DNA of 64,000 nt from Escherichia coli. Its GTDB lineage: Bacteria; Pseudomonadota; Gammaproteobacteria; Enterobacterales; Enterobacteriaceae. Within the stretch, counting starts at the first letter, position 1; each line of letters starts with the position of its first letter. Below the pieces are notes generated by a model, which searched no databases, was not told the DNA's origin, and worked only from the letters and a program-made list of their open reading frames with translations. Where the stretch lies: the NCBI RefSeq assembly GCF_048403405.1, contig NZ_CP183129.1; one strand, 5' to 3'. The translations under genes and the position numbers were made by a program. Below are positions 1 to 11,211 of this stretch, one piece after another.

Positions 1-278
1 AGGTTGATATCATTCGCCAGCAACGTTTTTAAACGGTTACGCTTCATGCCGCGAATGACCGGGGATTCGCCTTTCCAGAAGTAGCCATGATGCACAATGA
101 CCGCATCCGCGCCCAGACGCACCGCTTCATCGAGCAAAGCCTGGCTGGCAGTGACACCGGTAACAATTTTTTGCACCGTCTCTTTGCCTTCCACCTGCAA
201 ACCATTCGGCGCGTAATCACTAATCGCCGCGCTGTTCAGTTTTTCGTTAATCAGTTGTTCCAGTTCGGTGTTTTTCAT
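1..278 (-). CDS. ybgI: Nif3-family metal-binding protein YbgI, 5' portion (continues beyond window start)
   Basis: Minus-strand translation from the ATG at 278..276 reads MKNTELEQLINEKLNSAAISDYAPNGLQVEGKE..., which I recognise as the YbgI N-terminus. The + ORF 87..320 is its antisense shadow. Confidence 0.85.
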   Translation of the reverse strand, partial: MKNTELEQLINEKLNSAAISDYAPNGLQVEGKETVQKIVTGVTASQALLDEAVRLGADAVIVHHGYFWKGESPVIRGMKRNRLKTLLANDIN

Positions 279-365
279 CTTCGCGCCTTCCGTATTCTGA
301 TAGCTACACCGTTAACATAGCGTTACCTCGCCTGTTCGTCGATAGCCAATCTTTTGACATATTAA

Positions 366-2030
<1,665 letters not shown>

Positions 2031-2048
2031 CAGGCCAGCACCGATGCC

Positions 2049-2080
2049 TGATAAAACGCTCGCTGCGTTTTATCAGGCTC
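2049..2080. terminator. Hairpin between convergent dtpD and phr (ctgataaaacgctcgctgcgttttatcag)
   Basis: Inverted repeat ctgataaaacg...cgttttatcag immediately after the dtpD stop; its far end overlaps the first codons past the phr stop. Probably a bidirectional terminator. Confidence 0.4.
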
Positions 2081-3491
2081 CTTTCCTCGCTTCTTCGTAC
2101 GCTGCCAGCGTTCGCAGCCTTGCCTCTTTGTGATCAACTATCGGTTGCGGATAATCCAGCGTCACACCTGCTTTCTGCGCCCACTTCCACGGCTCATGCA
2201 CCACTTTCCCTGGCACATCGCGCAGTTCCGGTAGCCACTGGCGGATAAACTCGCCTTCGCGGTCAAATTTCTCGCCCTGGGTTGTCGGGTTAAAAATACG
2301 AAAATACGGCGCTGCATCGGTTCCGGTTGAAGCGGCCCACTGCCAGCCACCGTTATTAGCTGCCAAATCACCATCAATCAGCTGCGACATGAAATATCGC
2401 TCGCCTTCGCGCCAGTCGATCAACAAATCTTTCACCAGAAAACTGGCTGTAATCATCCGTAGCCTGTTATGCATCCAGCCAGTGCTGTTAAGCTGACGCA
2501 TGGCAGCATCGACAATCGGGTATCCCGTTTTGCCTTCCTGCCAGACCTGTAAATGTGCGGGATTGCTCTGCCACTGCACACGATCCGTCCAGGCAATAAA
2601 CGGACAATGTTTACACAACGAGGGGTAATACGTCATCAGATGACGGTAGAACTCGCGCCAGATCAGCTCACTAAGCCAGACACTACCGGCCCCACCGTCC
2701 AGCGCCTGCGGCTGTTCCGCCAACAAGCGATGCAAACACTGGCGAGGCGATAACCCGCCCGTTGCCAGGCTGGCGGACAAACGACTGGTGCCTTCCACTG
2801 CCGGAAAATCTCGTTGTTGCTCATATTCTCCGGCACCGTTCTGGCAAAACTGGCGTAATTGCGCAATCGCCGCTTTTTCTTCCACCGGGAAATGCGCAGT
2901 ATCGAAAGGCTGACGAGGATAATTCAGCGTAATGGATGGCGCGGGATCTATCGATCCACTACTACGTACTTTTGGCGCAGCGACGCACTCCGGCATCCCT
3001 TCCCGCAGCCGTTTCAGCCAGGCGTTTTTAAATGGCGTAAAGACTTTGTACATCTCATGATTGCCAGTCATCACCGCCCCCGGCGGCAGGATCACGCTGT
3101 CGTCAAATCCTTCACACACCACGTTACGCAGCGTTCTCTCAACCTGCGCATCCCGCGCCCGCTCATTCACCTCATACTGATAGTTATAAAACAGATGGGT
3201 AACACGATTTTCCGCGCACACCTGTTTAACTATTTCGACGCTGGCAGCAAAGTCATCCACTTCATGAAACAGCAAAGGAATGCCTTTTTCCGCCAGCGCG
3301 ATTTGTAGCCTATTCAGTTGAGCATTGATAAGTTCAGCCTGACGCGGCGACACATTATGCGCCGCCCACTGGCGTGGTGTAGCGATATACAACGCCAGCA
3401 CGCGTGCAGACGAATAGCGGCAAGCGGCAGCCAGCGCGAGATTATCGTGCTGACGTAAATCCTGGCGAAACCAGACCAGATGGGTAGTCAT
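2073..3491 (-). CDS. phr: Deoxyribodipyrimidine photolyase
   Basis: 472-aa product beginning MTTHLVWFRQDLRQHDNLALAAA with the FAD-binding C-terminal region (WQWAASTGTDAAPYFRIFNP); length and sequence match E. coli photolyase. Confidence 0.95.
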   Translation of the reverse strand: MTTHLVWFRQDLRQHDNLALAAACRYSSARVLALYIATPRQWAAHNVSPRQAELINAQLNRLQIALAEKGIPLLFHEVDDFAASVEIVKQVCAENRVTHLFYNYQYEVNERARDAQVERTLRNVVCEGFDDSVILPPGAVMTGNHEMYKVFTPFKNAWLKRLREGMPECVAAPKVRSSGSIDPAPSITLNYPRQPFDTAHFPVEEKAAIAQLRQFCQNGAGEYEQQRDFPAVEGTSRLSASLATGGLSPRQCLHRLLAEQPQALDGGAGSVWLSELIWREFYRHLMTYYPSLCKHCPFIAWTDRVQWQSNPAHLQVWQEGKTGYPIVDAAMRQLNSTGWMHNRLRMITASFLVKDLLIDWREGERYFMSQLIDGDLAANNGGWQWAASTGTDAAPYFRIFNPTTQGEKFDREGEFIRQWLPELRDVPGKVVHEPWKWAQKAGVTLDYPQPIVDHKEARLRTLAAYEEARKGA

Positions 3492-3997
3492 AAAACTCCT
3501 GAATGGCGCAAGTTAATCACATGCGGCCAAAGTTCGAAATAACGCTGCCCTGAAAGCCAGGCGTCAGGATAAAGCGCCATATAGTGTTTGATACGCATCA
3601 GCGGCGCAAGAAGCGGTTGCTCGCCACGGCGATAACTGTCGATAAGCGCCGCCAGCTGCTGGCGTTCTGTGGAATCAATATGCGGGCGAAAATACCCCTG
3701 AACGTGCATCAAAACGTTGGTGTGATCGCGCGGGTTGGCGGGATGAGAAAGCAAAACAATTACGCGTTGACGGTACTGGCTGTAAAAATCATCCAGATTT
3801 TGCCACTGGTGAATATCAGCCACAAACGGGCCAAGTTTGCGGTATTCCGGCTGGGAATGCGCCAGAAAGACGAGTTTATAGCGGCTGTGATAATCGTTGA
3901 GTGCCCCGCGCGTTAAGCCATGTTCTTTCAGTCGATATAGCTCATAAATCGCGAAGATGCGGATTAGGGTGCTTTCATCAAATCGTTGCTGATTCAT
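3488..3997 (-). CDS. ybgA: DUF1722-family protein YbgA
   Basis: 169-aa ORF directly upstream of phr with a 4-nt ATGA stop/start overlap (3488..3491), the known ybgA-phr operon arrangement. Confidence 0.85.
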   Translation of the reverse strand: MNQQRFDESTLIRIFAIYELYRLKEHGLTRGALNDYHSRYKLVFLAHSQPEYRKLGPFVADIHQWQNLDDFYSQYRQRVIVLLSHPANPRDHTNVLMHVQGYFRPHIDSTERQQLAALIDSYRRGEQPLLAPLMRIKHYMALYPDAWLSGQRYFELWPHVINLRHSGVL

Positions 3998-4057
3998 TAC
4001 TGCTCCTGAGATATTAACAGGAGTAAGTGTAGACGTTGGGAAATGATGTTTGTGAAG

Positions 4058-4906
4058 TTAATCCTGTTGTAGCAGGACAAGATTACGAAAGCGCGCTCCC
4101 CGCAAGGACTGACGCCAGATAGTTTCTGTCCATGGCTGCCCTTTCCATTCAAACGTGAAATCAATAAGTTCATCAGGGACACCGCAAACAATATGAAGAC
4201 GGATTTCTTCTCTGCCGTGACTCTTTTCACTCATTGCGAAACTGTCATGCTCTGGATTATTTAATTCTTTCAGTGGGAATTTTTCCTCAAAGGCTTTATT
4301 AAGCCGTCCCTGATTTCCTTTTACAGCGAATAAATAATCACCGCCCTGTTTTTGTATCTTCTCTGCGATATCTTTCTGGCAACCCATCGCATCAGTTGTG
4401 ATAATTTTTCCTTTAATATCCAACATGTTAAGAAGTTCAGGGATAGCTGTGATCTCATTGGATTTCTCATCCGTCCTGATCTGTCCGATGACCAGACTGT
4501 GCATTGTTGAGAACGCACTAATGACATGAATCGCTCCCCTGCGGCGACTCTTGTCATAAGAATGCCGGAGCGTTTTTCCATCAATTGCAATAACGTCTTT
4601 ATCATCTGAAGAATGGCAGTCACGCATCCAGTTAATAAAGCACTCGTGAAATTTTGCAGGACTGATACAGGATACAACTCTGGCAATGGTATCGTGAACA
4701 GGAATACCATTTTCAAAATCACCATATTGCTTCAAAAAATCGAGATGTGTTTCCCCAAAATCCTCTATATCTTCCCAGCCTTCTGCACCAGAAATAACGG
4801 CACAAATAGTCAACAGTAGAATATCCGACAATTTATGTTCCACTTTCCAGGCTTGTCTGTAATCGGGGATAATAGAAATATGTTCCATCAATTTTTTAAG
4901 TTCCAT
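4058..4906 (-). mobile_element. ISAs1-family (H-repeat-associated) transposase, 3'-truncated
   Basis: 282-aa ORF starting [58 protein letters not shown], the conserved H-repeat/ISAs1 N-terminus. It is shorter than the ~370-aa full-length proteins and its last ~30 residues ([26 protein letters not shown]) read as non-conserved sequence past a deletion breakpoint. Confidence 0.8.
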
Positions 4907-5013
4907 TTTGTTCTCCTTAATTATGTAAAGAGTATTTGATCATGTATACGCAATAAAAAACAGCTTCAGGTAATGAGGAATATCTCAATTTTTAAACATA
5001 AAATGCGAATTAC

Positions 5014-5615
5014 TTAGTACAAAAAGTGTACTTCTGATGATCTTTCCCTGTCCTTGGCACCATCATTTTTTGACGCTTCAAAAATACTACTACAAGTGAG
5101 TTTAGAAAACTCTTTTCCAGATAATTCTCCAGGTTGTAATCCTCCGCCGCCAAAAATCCTACTCCCAGGATTTCCATACCTATTTAGAGCATATGAATAG
5201 CAATTATTTACGGCAAGATAATACGCATCTGAATTTAGTTCTCGATTGAATACTGGAGCAGGTTTATCAATTAAGCCCAGCGGATCAATAGAATAGGTTG
5301 GATGTATGGAAGCATATACATACTGATTCCACCCGCCTTCCAGCCCAATCGGTTCCTGAGTGATATACCGCCCCTGCAGCGGGTCATAATAGCGGTGGCG
5401 GTTGTAATACAGGCCGGACTCCTCATCATACTGCTGCCCCGGCAGACGGATAAGCTGCTGCAGGTGCTGCGGGTTCTCTTCAGTCAGCAGGTTGCCCCAT
5501 TCATCATATTCTGCGCACCATTCTGTTGCCCCGTCAGGGCTGATAAGCGTCAGCGGCAGGCCGCGATAGTCGCAGTGGTAGAGGTGGATTATTCGCAGTG
5601 GTAGAGGTGGATTAT
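5014..5615 (-). pseudogene. Orphan rhs C-terminal fragment (core end plus alternative C-terminal tip), no start codon
   Basis: My minus-strand translation gives an open frame [106 protein letters not shown] followed by a distinct ~85-aa tip ending ...[12 protein letters not shown] and a TAA at 5016..5014. Nucleotides ~5290..5560 are a near-copy of rhsC 6650..6930. The frame contains no Met, which is why the ORF track shows only the antisense ORF 5302..5604. Confidence 0.8.
5561..5613. repeat. Tandem direct repeat, 23-bp unit cgcagtggtagaggtggattatt x2 plus partial third copy
   Basis: Read directly: 5561..5583 and 5584..5606 are identical, followed by cgcagtg. It lies at the upstream boundary of the orphan rhs fragment and corresponds to rhsC sequence near 6908..6930. 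Confidence 0.85.
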
Positions 5616-5706
5616 TCGCAGTGATCTATATGCCAACGTCATCTTATTTTTCATCTACTCCAACGAGTAGACAAGTTTTTTATTAAACCATTTATACCTT
5701 TTACGA

Positions 5707-6210
5707 TTAAATTTTCTTATGTAATAGAGGTGAATAATCTTCCCAAAAATCCATACAAGCTTTACTTGCATAAAAGAATCCAGCGTCTGATTCATAAGAC
5801 ATAAACTGTGCAATAATAGATAGTTGTATATCTGAAAAATTAAAAACAAAATTCAAAAAATCATCGTGATCCCGATACTCAGGACATAAATATTGTTGAA
5901 TAAAATCGGATTCAAAAACCCAAAAATCATTCTTATTAAACAACGAGGCATAAATATACAGAGGGATGTAATAGCAGAATACTTTCTCAGGGAGGAATGT
6001 AATTCCTAACTCTAAAGCATAAGAGTCATCCTTTATTTTAAAATTGTTGGCTATTTCATTCCATTGTTTCTTTTGGAAAAAATTATATACAATATCCAGT
6101 TCCTCCAGCCCTGTAATATCATTTGAAATATGAGGTAATGGCTGGCATGGGAAATGAATCATAAGTTCATCATAGACTGCACTCTCGTTAGAGAAAATTA
6201 TTTTTTTCAT
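5707..6210 (-). CDS. Putative RhsC-associated immunity protein (RhsI-type)
   Basis: AT-rich ORF directly downstream of rhsC. The ATG at 6210..6208 ([20 protein letters not shown]...) overlaps the rhsC TGA (6209..6207) in an ATGA arrangement. The track start at 6228 is a TTG extension. No recognisable catalytic motifs; position is typical for an Rhs immunity gene. Confidence 0.7.
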   Translation of the reverse strand: MKKIIFSNESAVYDELMIHFPCQPLPHISNDITGLEELDIVYNFFQKKQWNEIANNFKIKDDSYALELGITFLPEKVFCYYIPLYIYASLFNKNDFWVFESDFIQQYLCPEYRDHDDFLNFVFNFSDIQLSIIAQFMSYESDAGFFYASKACMDFWEDYSPLLHKKI

Positions 6211-9200
6211 TTTATTAAGCCACTGCAATCAGCTGCTGTTTTATATGCTTTATTCTCTTCTTCCATATGGGCCTTATCTCCACCACCAAAGCACTGATTA
6301 TTAATCTGCTTTCTGACCGAAGCGCACGCCAAATTTATCTCGTACCGTCTCAATATTTCTTTTCTCAGCATCTGAGGAGCGCAAGCTCTAGACTGGTTAC
6401 ATAATCTGTTTTTTTCATTTTGTAAGTCACTCAGGTTCTGGGGACTACAGTTACCACCAGGATTTACACCTGACTTATGTTCATCTGTTAATTTGTCGGC
6501 TTCTGGATTAACTTTACGGCCATATTGATCTCTGCGTTGTTGCCCACTTTGGATAACACCACCTGATGAAAATAAACCGCAACTCATCAGTGCTACAACA
6601 CTAAGAATTAACGGATTTAACCCTTGTGGGTCTATCTCTGAGATCGGATTTAACGGATACTGATAAAAATTCCATCCCCCCTTAAGCCCAATCGGATCCT
6701 GAGTGATATACCGCCCCTGCAGCGGGTCATAATAGCGGTGGCGGTTGTAATACAGGCCGGACTCCTCATCATACTGCTGACCCGGCAGGCGGATGAGCTG
6801 CTGCAGCTGATGCGGGTTCTCTTCATTCAGCAGGTTGCCCCATTCATCGTATTCTGCGTACCACGCTGTTGTCCCTTCCGTGCTGACAAGCGCCAGCGGC
6901 AGGCCGCGATGGTCGCAGTGGTACAGGTGGATTTTTCGCGCCGGCGTGTACACCGGGTCCATCTGGTTTTGCATCTGCTCCACCGTCAGGCCGCACGATG
7001 CCAGCCAGCGGCGGCTTTCCTCGCTCACCCGGTCAGTAAGGATTTCACTTTCCAGCCGGTCGAGCATCTGCACCAGCACCGGCGGGAACACCACTCTGCC
7101 ACCGTCTTCGCCGCCGGACTGCTGAAGGGCATCCGCCAGGCTGCGGCGCTGCGTTTTCGCCAGCTCACCGGTGGCGGTTTCAACTCTGATGAGTGGCGTG
7201 AAGCTCCCCGGCTGATAAACCGTCTGGATGCGGGTTCTGTCGTTCTGTATTGTGGTCAGCCGGTCGCCGTCCCAGCCGTACCAGGTCACTTCCGGTTTCC
7301 GTGACAGCGACATCCAGCCCGTCAGGTCCCGTTCACGCCGCCATACCCGTTTTGCCACCCTGCGGCCCAGCGGGTCGTAAAGATAGCGACTTTCGACCAG
7401 CGGCTCTGCATATTGTGTCCGCGTGTAGTGCACCAGCCGGTGCCGGCTGTCGTAATGATACCGGTGAGTCCGCTCATCATCCGTGCGGATAACCCCTTCC
7501 GGGATGAGGTCGGTTTTCTCTGTCAGCCTGCCGTGACGGTCATACCGGTAAAGATAGTGCGCGTCACGGGCGATACGGTTATCCGGCCACATGCTGAGGG
7601 TGCTGTCCGGGTGCAGCTCCGGGTCGGGCAGGCGGTTGCCTGCCGGGTCCGTGGCATACGGGATGCGGATATCCAGATTCGCTGCGGTGGTGTGGACGCC
7701 GGTCAGCCTGCCGGTGTCGCTGTAGCTGTAACTCCGGGTCTGGCGCGGGCTGCTGATGCGGATGAGTTCGCCGTTGTCGTTCCAGGTGTAATCGCGGTCA
7801 TACTGCAGGCTGTTCAGGTGCTGGCTCTGTAACTGCCCGGCAGAGGTGTAAGCGGTGGTGAGTTCATAACGGCCGAAGCTGCGCAGCGTTTCCCGGTGCA
7901 GGCGGTCGCGGGTGAAATCCACCAGCGGTGTGTCGCCGAGTTTCATGCCTGACAGCCAGCCGCTGCCGTAGGTCAGCCATTCCACGGCGGGCAGGCTGTC
8001 CGGTATACAGCGGTTCGCCAGTCCCTGCGCGTTGTACGCATGTCTGGTTTCATGCTGCCAGAGCAGTGCTTCCGTCTGCGGGTGATGCACCGTCTGGCGC
8101 TCACCGGTCAGGCGGCCTTTCTCATCATACCCGTAATGCACCGTCACCCGGTGGCCTTCGCTGAGATGGCTGATGCCTGTCAGCCAGCCGCGTTCGTCAT
8201 ACTGCCACTGCTCTGCAGGTTCACCCTTCACGGTGCGGTGAGTGAGGCGGTCTGCTTCGTCATAGTGCCAGTGGGTGACCAGCCCCTCATCCTCGCTGCG
8301 GATAAGTTTACCGGTCAGGTCGTGGTGATAACGCTGTGTGCGGCCGTCAAAGCCGGTTTCCTGTATCAGCCGGTCAAGTACATCGTAACGGAAGGTGGTG
8401 TGGCTGCCGTTTTCACTGGTCAGGCGGATGACCCGCCCGGCAGCATCGTATTCCATACTGCGCGTCAGACCGCCCTGCGTGGTACGAACGGGCTTTCCCC
8501 ACGCATCGTACTGTGTCCCGTTTCTGCTGCCGTCCGGGGCAATGACGGCGGTCAGGTCACCGGCGGCGTTGTATTCATACCGCGTTTCATGGCCCTGCGT
8601 GTCTTTCACCGCAATTAACTGTCCACGGCTGTCGTATGCGCGGTACTGACTCAGCCCTTCCTCGCGGTGCACCGCCGTCACCTGACCAAAACGGTCATGG
8701 TCATAACGGGTTACATAACCGGAACAGTCAGTGACGGTCAGCAACTGACCGTAACGGCTCCATGTCATGGTTTTCCGGCTGCCGGTGGCATCTTCCGTTG
8801 CGCAGGGTAAGTCACTGTGTGGATTATCATAACGGTAGCGGGTGATATCGCCGTTGTGTGCGGTTTCCTGAATCAGACGGCCGGATTCATCATATTTGCG
8901 GCGCAACTCCAGCCCGTCAGTCCCGGTGGCTGACGTTAACTGGTTGTGGTGGTTATAGTAAAATGCCGATGCCCTGCCATCCGGTGTGGTGATGCGCGTG
9001 ATGAGTCCCGTCACCACATCCGGGCTGTACTCAGTCGTCCGGCCTGCGGCATCCGTCTGTGCCTTAAGCCCGCCCACCGCGTCAAACTGACTCTGCGTGA
9101 CGCTGCCGTCCGCGTGTTCCTTTTTCACCACCCGCTTCAGCCCGCCTTCGCCCTGCGTGTGCAGCACTTCACGGCGGTCCAGACTGTCGGTGATGGTGAT

Positions 9201-10358
9201 GCGGTCTTTCTCATACTGATACGTGTAGCTTAAGCCTGCCGGGTTTAGCTGTTCTGTCACCCGCCCGTCGCTGTCGTAACGGTAACGGATATCCGGCCGG
9301 CCCGTGTGACGGTGCGCCACCATCCGGCCCCGGTATTTATCATCGTAAGTAAAGCTGCGCACCTGTGTATTGCTGCGGTCATACACCGCCGCCAGTTCGC
9401 CGCGTGGCGTCCAGCCATAGCGCACCAGCGGCGCGGCAGGTAAATTCTCCGGGTATTCCGGGTCGTGCGTCAGCCACACGGCAGACAGACGGATGCCGTT
9501 GTCCCGGCCATATTCGGTGTAACCCGGCAGGGTATCAGGAAAAACGGACGGTTCCGTCCCGCCGGAAATGGCCTGCTGCCGGGCTTCTTCTGCCCGCTGC
9601 GCCTGCGTGGTCAGTACCAGCCGGAAGTGACGCCCGGCACCATCCGTCACGCCGGTGATTTCGCCGCTGAATTCGCCGCCAGCCTCACGGTGAAACGTCT
9701 GTGTGCGCCCGAAGCGGTCCACCAGCCCGGTCAGTACCCGGTACGGCGGCAGCGGCGCGGGCAGCACCTCATCCGCCTCCGGCACCCGCTCACACCAGCC
9801 GAGTACCCACCACGGCCCCTGCGGACTGTTTGTCGCCAGATAACGATGCGGACTCAGGCGAAGCTCTTCCGGCAGCGCCTGCCAGAGTGCGGCCAGCCGG
9901 TGACCTTCATCCAGTTTCGCCACGCCGCCGCGCACCAGCCAGAGTGACTCGCTGCGGCTGTAACCGTCCTCACCGGGAAACAGGTGCTCAAAATACAGGC
10001 TTCTGCCGCCGTTATCACTGAGTGTCAGTGTGTTATCGCGCAGCTGTAAGCGGATATCCGCAGGCATTTTCCAGCCGGGGCCGAGGCTCCCCACCGGCGC
10101 GGGCGTTTTTGTCCGGTAACTGCTGTAGGTGCGGGAGAGGATGAACGGCAGCGGGCCGGGCAGGGCAAGGTCGGTTTCGCCGGGAAGGACCTTCGCACCG
10201 AGCAGCGGATTGACCGGATGGCCGGACGTCACCCCGCCGGGGCACACCGAACAGGCCACGCCGGTGGGGGCACCAATACGTACCCCGGCTGAACCCTGAA
10301 CAATGCTACCGCCATACTGCGTCATGTCGCCCTGACGCGCCGCCGGTTTTCCGCTCAT
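6207..10358 (-). CDS. rhsC: Rhs-family polymorphic toxin (YD-repeat protein) with variable C-terminal tip
   Basis: 1383-aa product; N-terminus [31 protein letters not shown] (PAAR-like), many YD repeats ([33 protein letters not shown]), and the core-ending PxxxxDPxGL region ([32 protein letters not shown]) followed by a ~140-aa divergent tip. Chromosomal context (ybfA, kdp) matches rhsC. Confidence 0.9.
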   Translation of the reverse strand: MSGKPAARQGDMTQYGGSIVQGSAGVRIGAPTGVACSVCPGGVTSGHPVNPLLGAKVLPGETDLALPGPLPFILSRTYSSYRTKTPAPVGSLGPGWKMPADIRLQLRDNTLTLSDNGGRSLYFEHLFPGEDGYSRSESLWLVRGGVAKLDEGHRLAALWQALPEELRLSPHRYLATNSPQGPWWVLGWCERVPEADEVLPAPLPPYRVLTGLVDRFGRTQTFHREAGGEFSGEITGVTDGAGRHFRLVLTTQAQRAEEARQQAISGGTEPSVFPDTLPGYTEYGRDNGIRLSAVWLTHDPEYPENLPAAPLVRYGWTPRGELAAVYDRSNTQVRSFTYDDKYRGRMVAHRHTGRPDIRYRYDSDGRVTEQLNPAGLSYTYQYEKDRITITDSLDRREVLHTQGEGGLKRVVKKEHADGSVTQSQFDAVGGLKAQTDAAGRTTEYSPDVVTGLITRITTPDGRASAFYYNHHNQLTSATGTDGLELRRKYDESGRLIQETAHNGDITRYRYDNPHSDLPCATEDATGSRKTMTWSRYGQLLTVTDCSGYVTRYDHDRFGQVTAVHREEGLSQYRAYDSRGQLIAVKDTQGHETRYEYNAAGDLTAVIAPDGSRNGTQYDAWGKPVRTTQGGLTRSMEYDAAGRVIRLTSENGSHTTFRYDVLDRLIQETGFDGRTQRYHHDLTGKLIRSEDEGLVTHWHYDEADRLTHRTVKGEPAEQWQYDERGWLTGISHLSEGHRVTVHYGYDEKGRLTGERQTVHHPQTEALLWQHETRHAYNAQGLANRCIPDSLPAVEWLTYGSGWLSGMKLGDTPLVDFTRDRLHRETLRSFGRYELTTAYTSAGQLQSQHLNSLQYDRDYTWNDNGELIRISSPRQTRSYSYSDTGRLTGVHTTAANLDIRIPYATDPAGNRLPDPELHPDSTLSMWPDNRIARDAHYLYRYDRHGRLTEKTDLIPEGVIRTDDERTHRYHYDSRHRLVHYTRTQYAEPLVESRYLYDPLGRRVAKRVWRRERDLTGWMSLSRKPEVTWYGWDGDRLTTIQNDRTRIQTVYQPGSFTPLIRVETATGELAKTQRRSLADALQQSGGEDGGRVVFPPVLVQMLDRLESEILTDRVSEESRRWLASCGLTVEQMQNQMDPVYTPARKIHLYHCDHRGLPLALVSTEGTTAWYAEYDEWGNLLNEENPHQLQQLIRLPGQQYDEESGLYYNRHRYYDPLQGRYITQDPIGLKGGWNFYQYPLNPISEIDPQGLNPLILSVVALMSCGLFSSGGVIQSGQQRRDQYGRKVNPEADKLTDEHKSGVNPGGNCSPQNLSDLQNEKNRLCNQSRACAPQMLRKEILRRYEINLACASVRKQINNQCFGGGDKAHMEEENKAYKTAADCSGLIK

Positions 10359-10546
10359 CTGCTCATCCTTGTTTTATCGGGTTATTTGTCTGCTGACAGG
10401 CGAAACCCTACAGATTTATAAGAAAGCCTTAAGTGAGATATCTGTCAGATAAGAACAATTAGGAAAATATTTATATATATTTCATGAATATATGTTTCGA
10501 TTGGTATAACGGTGTCTAAATATTCCTCTGAACATCTTCCTGATAC

Positions 10547-10580
10547 AAAAAAAACCGCCAGCGTTTCCGCTGGCGGTTTT
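10547..10580. terminator. Rho-independent terminator hairpin (aaaaaaaaccgccagcgtttccgctggcggtttt)
   Basis: GC stem ccgccagcg/cgctggcgg flanked by an A-run and a T-run, just downstream of ybfA on the minus strand. Confidence 0.6.
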
Positions 10581-10602
10581 CAATGTATTCAAAACTCAGC
10601 AA

Positions 10603-10809
10603 TCAGTAAAAATCACCAGTTGCCTTTTCGGCCTGATCCATCCACACCGGTTTCTCGCTGGTTTTCGACCAGACGCGGTGCAGGTAGCTGTAAAAGCGGG
10701 CGCGGTCTTTCCAGAAAAGCATGAAAGGCAGCGCCAGAACGCCCGCTGCAACCGCATAAGTACGGCGTAAAAAGATAAGCCATGCAGGATATTCTCTGTA
10801 GAGTTCCAT
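10603..10809 (-). CDS. ybfA: DUF2517-family small protein YbfA
   Basis: 68-aa [71 protein letters not shown] at the expected position between rhsC and the kdp operon. Confidence 0.8.
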   Translation of the reverse strand: MELYREYPAWLIFLRRTYAVAAGVLALPFMLFWKDRARFYSYLHRVWSKTSEKPVWMDQAEKATGDFY

Positions 10810-11018
10810 ACTTTTCTCCCCCTTTTGTATCTACCCGGTGAATGGCACCGGAAAAATGAATTTGTTTATCTGATGAAAATAGTACCGCCTTTTGTGTAAT
10901 TTTACTACTCATCCGACCACCTATTTTTGCTTATTGATGGTTTATTTACATTCACACTGTAATTAAGTTACACAAAAGTTAAATTAATACTAACCATCAG
11001 TTAAATCATGGCTTTTGC

Positions 11019-11048
11019 CATTTTTATACTTTTTTTACACCCCGCCCG
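11019..11048 (+). promoter_or_regulatory. kdpFABC promoter region with KdpE-binding site (catttttatactttttttacaccccgcccg)
   Basis: T-rich element about 75 bp upstream of the kdpF start; matches my recollection of the KdpE operator in the kdpFABC promoter. Confidence 0.55.
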
Positions 11049-11121
11049 CAGATTTTTGCGAAATCTTTGCAGCCAGAATTCTACTCTTCCGGTATCACTT
11101 TTAGGCCACTGGAGGTGCACT

Positions 11122-11211
11122 GTGAGTGCAGGCGTGATAGCCGGCGTGTTGCTGGTGTTTTTATTACTGGGTTATCTGGTTTATGCCCTGATCAATGCGG
11201 AGGCGTTCTGA
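11122..11211 (+). CDS. kdpF: K+-transporting ATPase small subunit KdpF
   Basis: GTG-initiated 29-codon ORF giving [29 protein letters not shown]; its TGA (11209..11211) overlaps the kdpA ATG by 1 nt. Embedded in the longer track ORF 11008..11211. Confidence 0.85.
   Translation: MSAGVIAGVLLVFLLLGYLVYALINAEAF

Noticed and set aside
4321-4725. 134-aa minus-strand ORF
   Set aside because: Alternative frame fully contained within the ISAs1 transposase gene.
5302-5604. + strand 100-aa ORF
   Set aside because: It is the antisense of the orphan rhs core fragment; its sequence mirrors the antisense ORF 6738..7304 inside rhsC.
6738-10021. Numerous 60-190-aa ORFs on the + strand inside rhsC (6738..7304, 7413..7832, 8040..8618, 9465..9947 and others)
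   Set aside because: Antisense shadows within a GC-rich, repeat-rich gene; no independent start context, and the minus-strand Rhs frame is continuous and family-typical.
11067-11210. Upstream 48-codon extension of kdpA in the ORF track
   Set aside because: Alternative-start artefact; the region encodes kdpF in another frame and the true kdpA start is the ATG at 11211.
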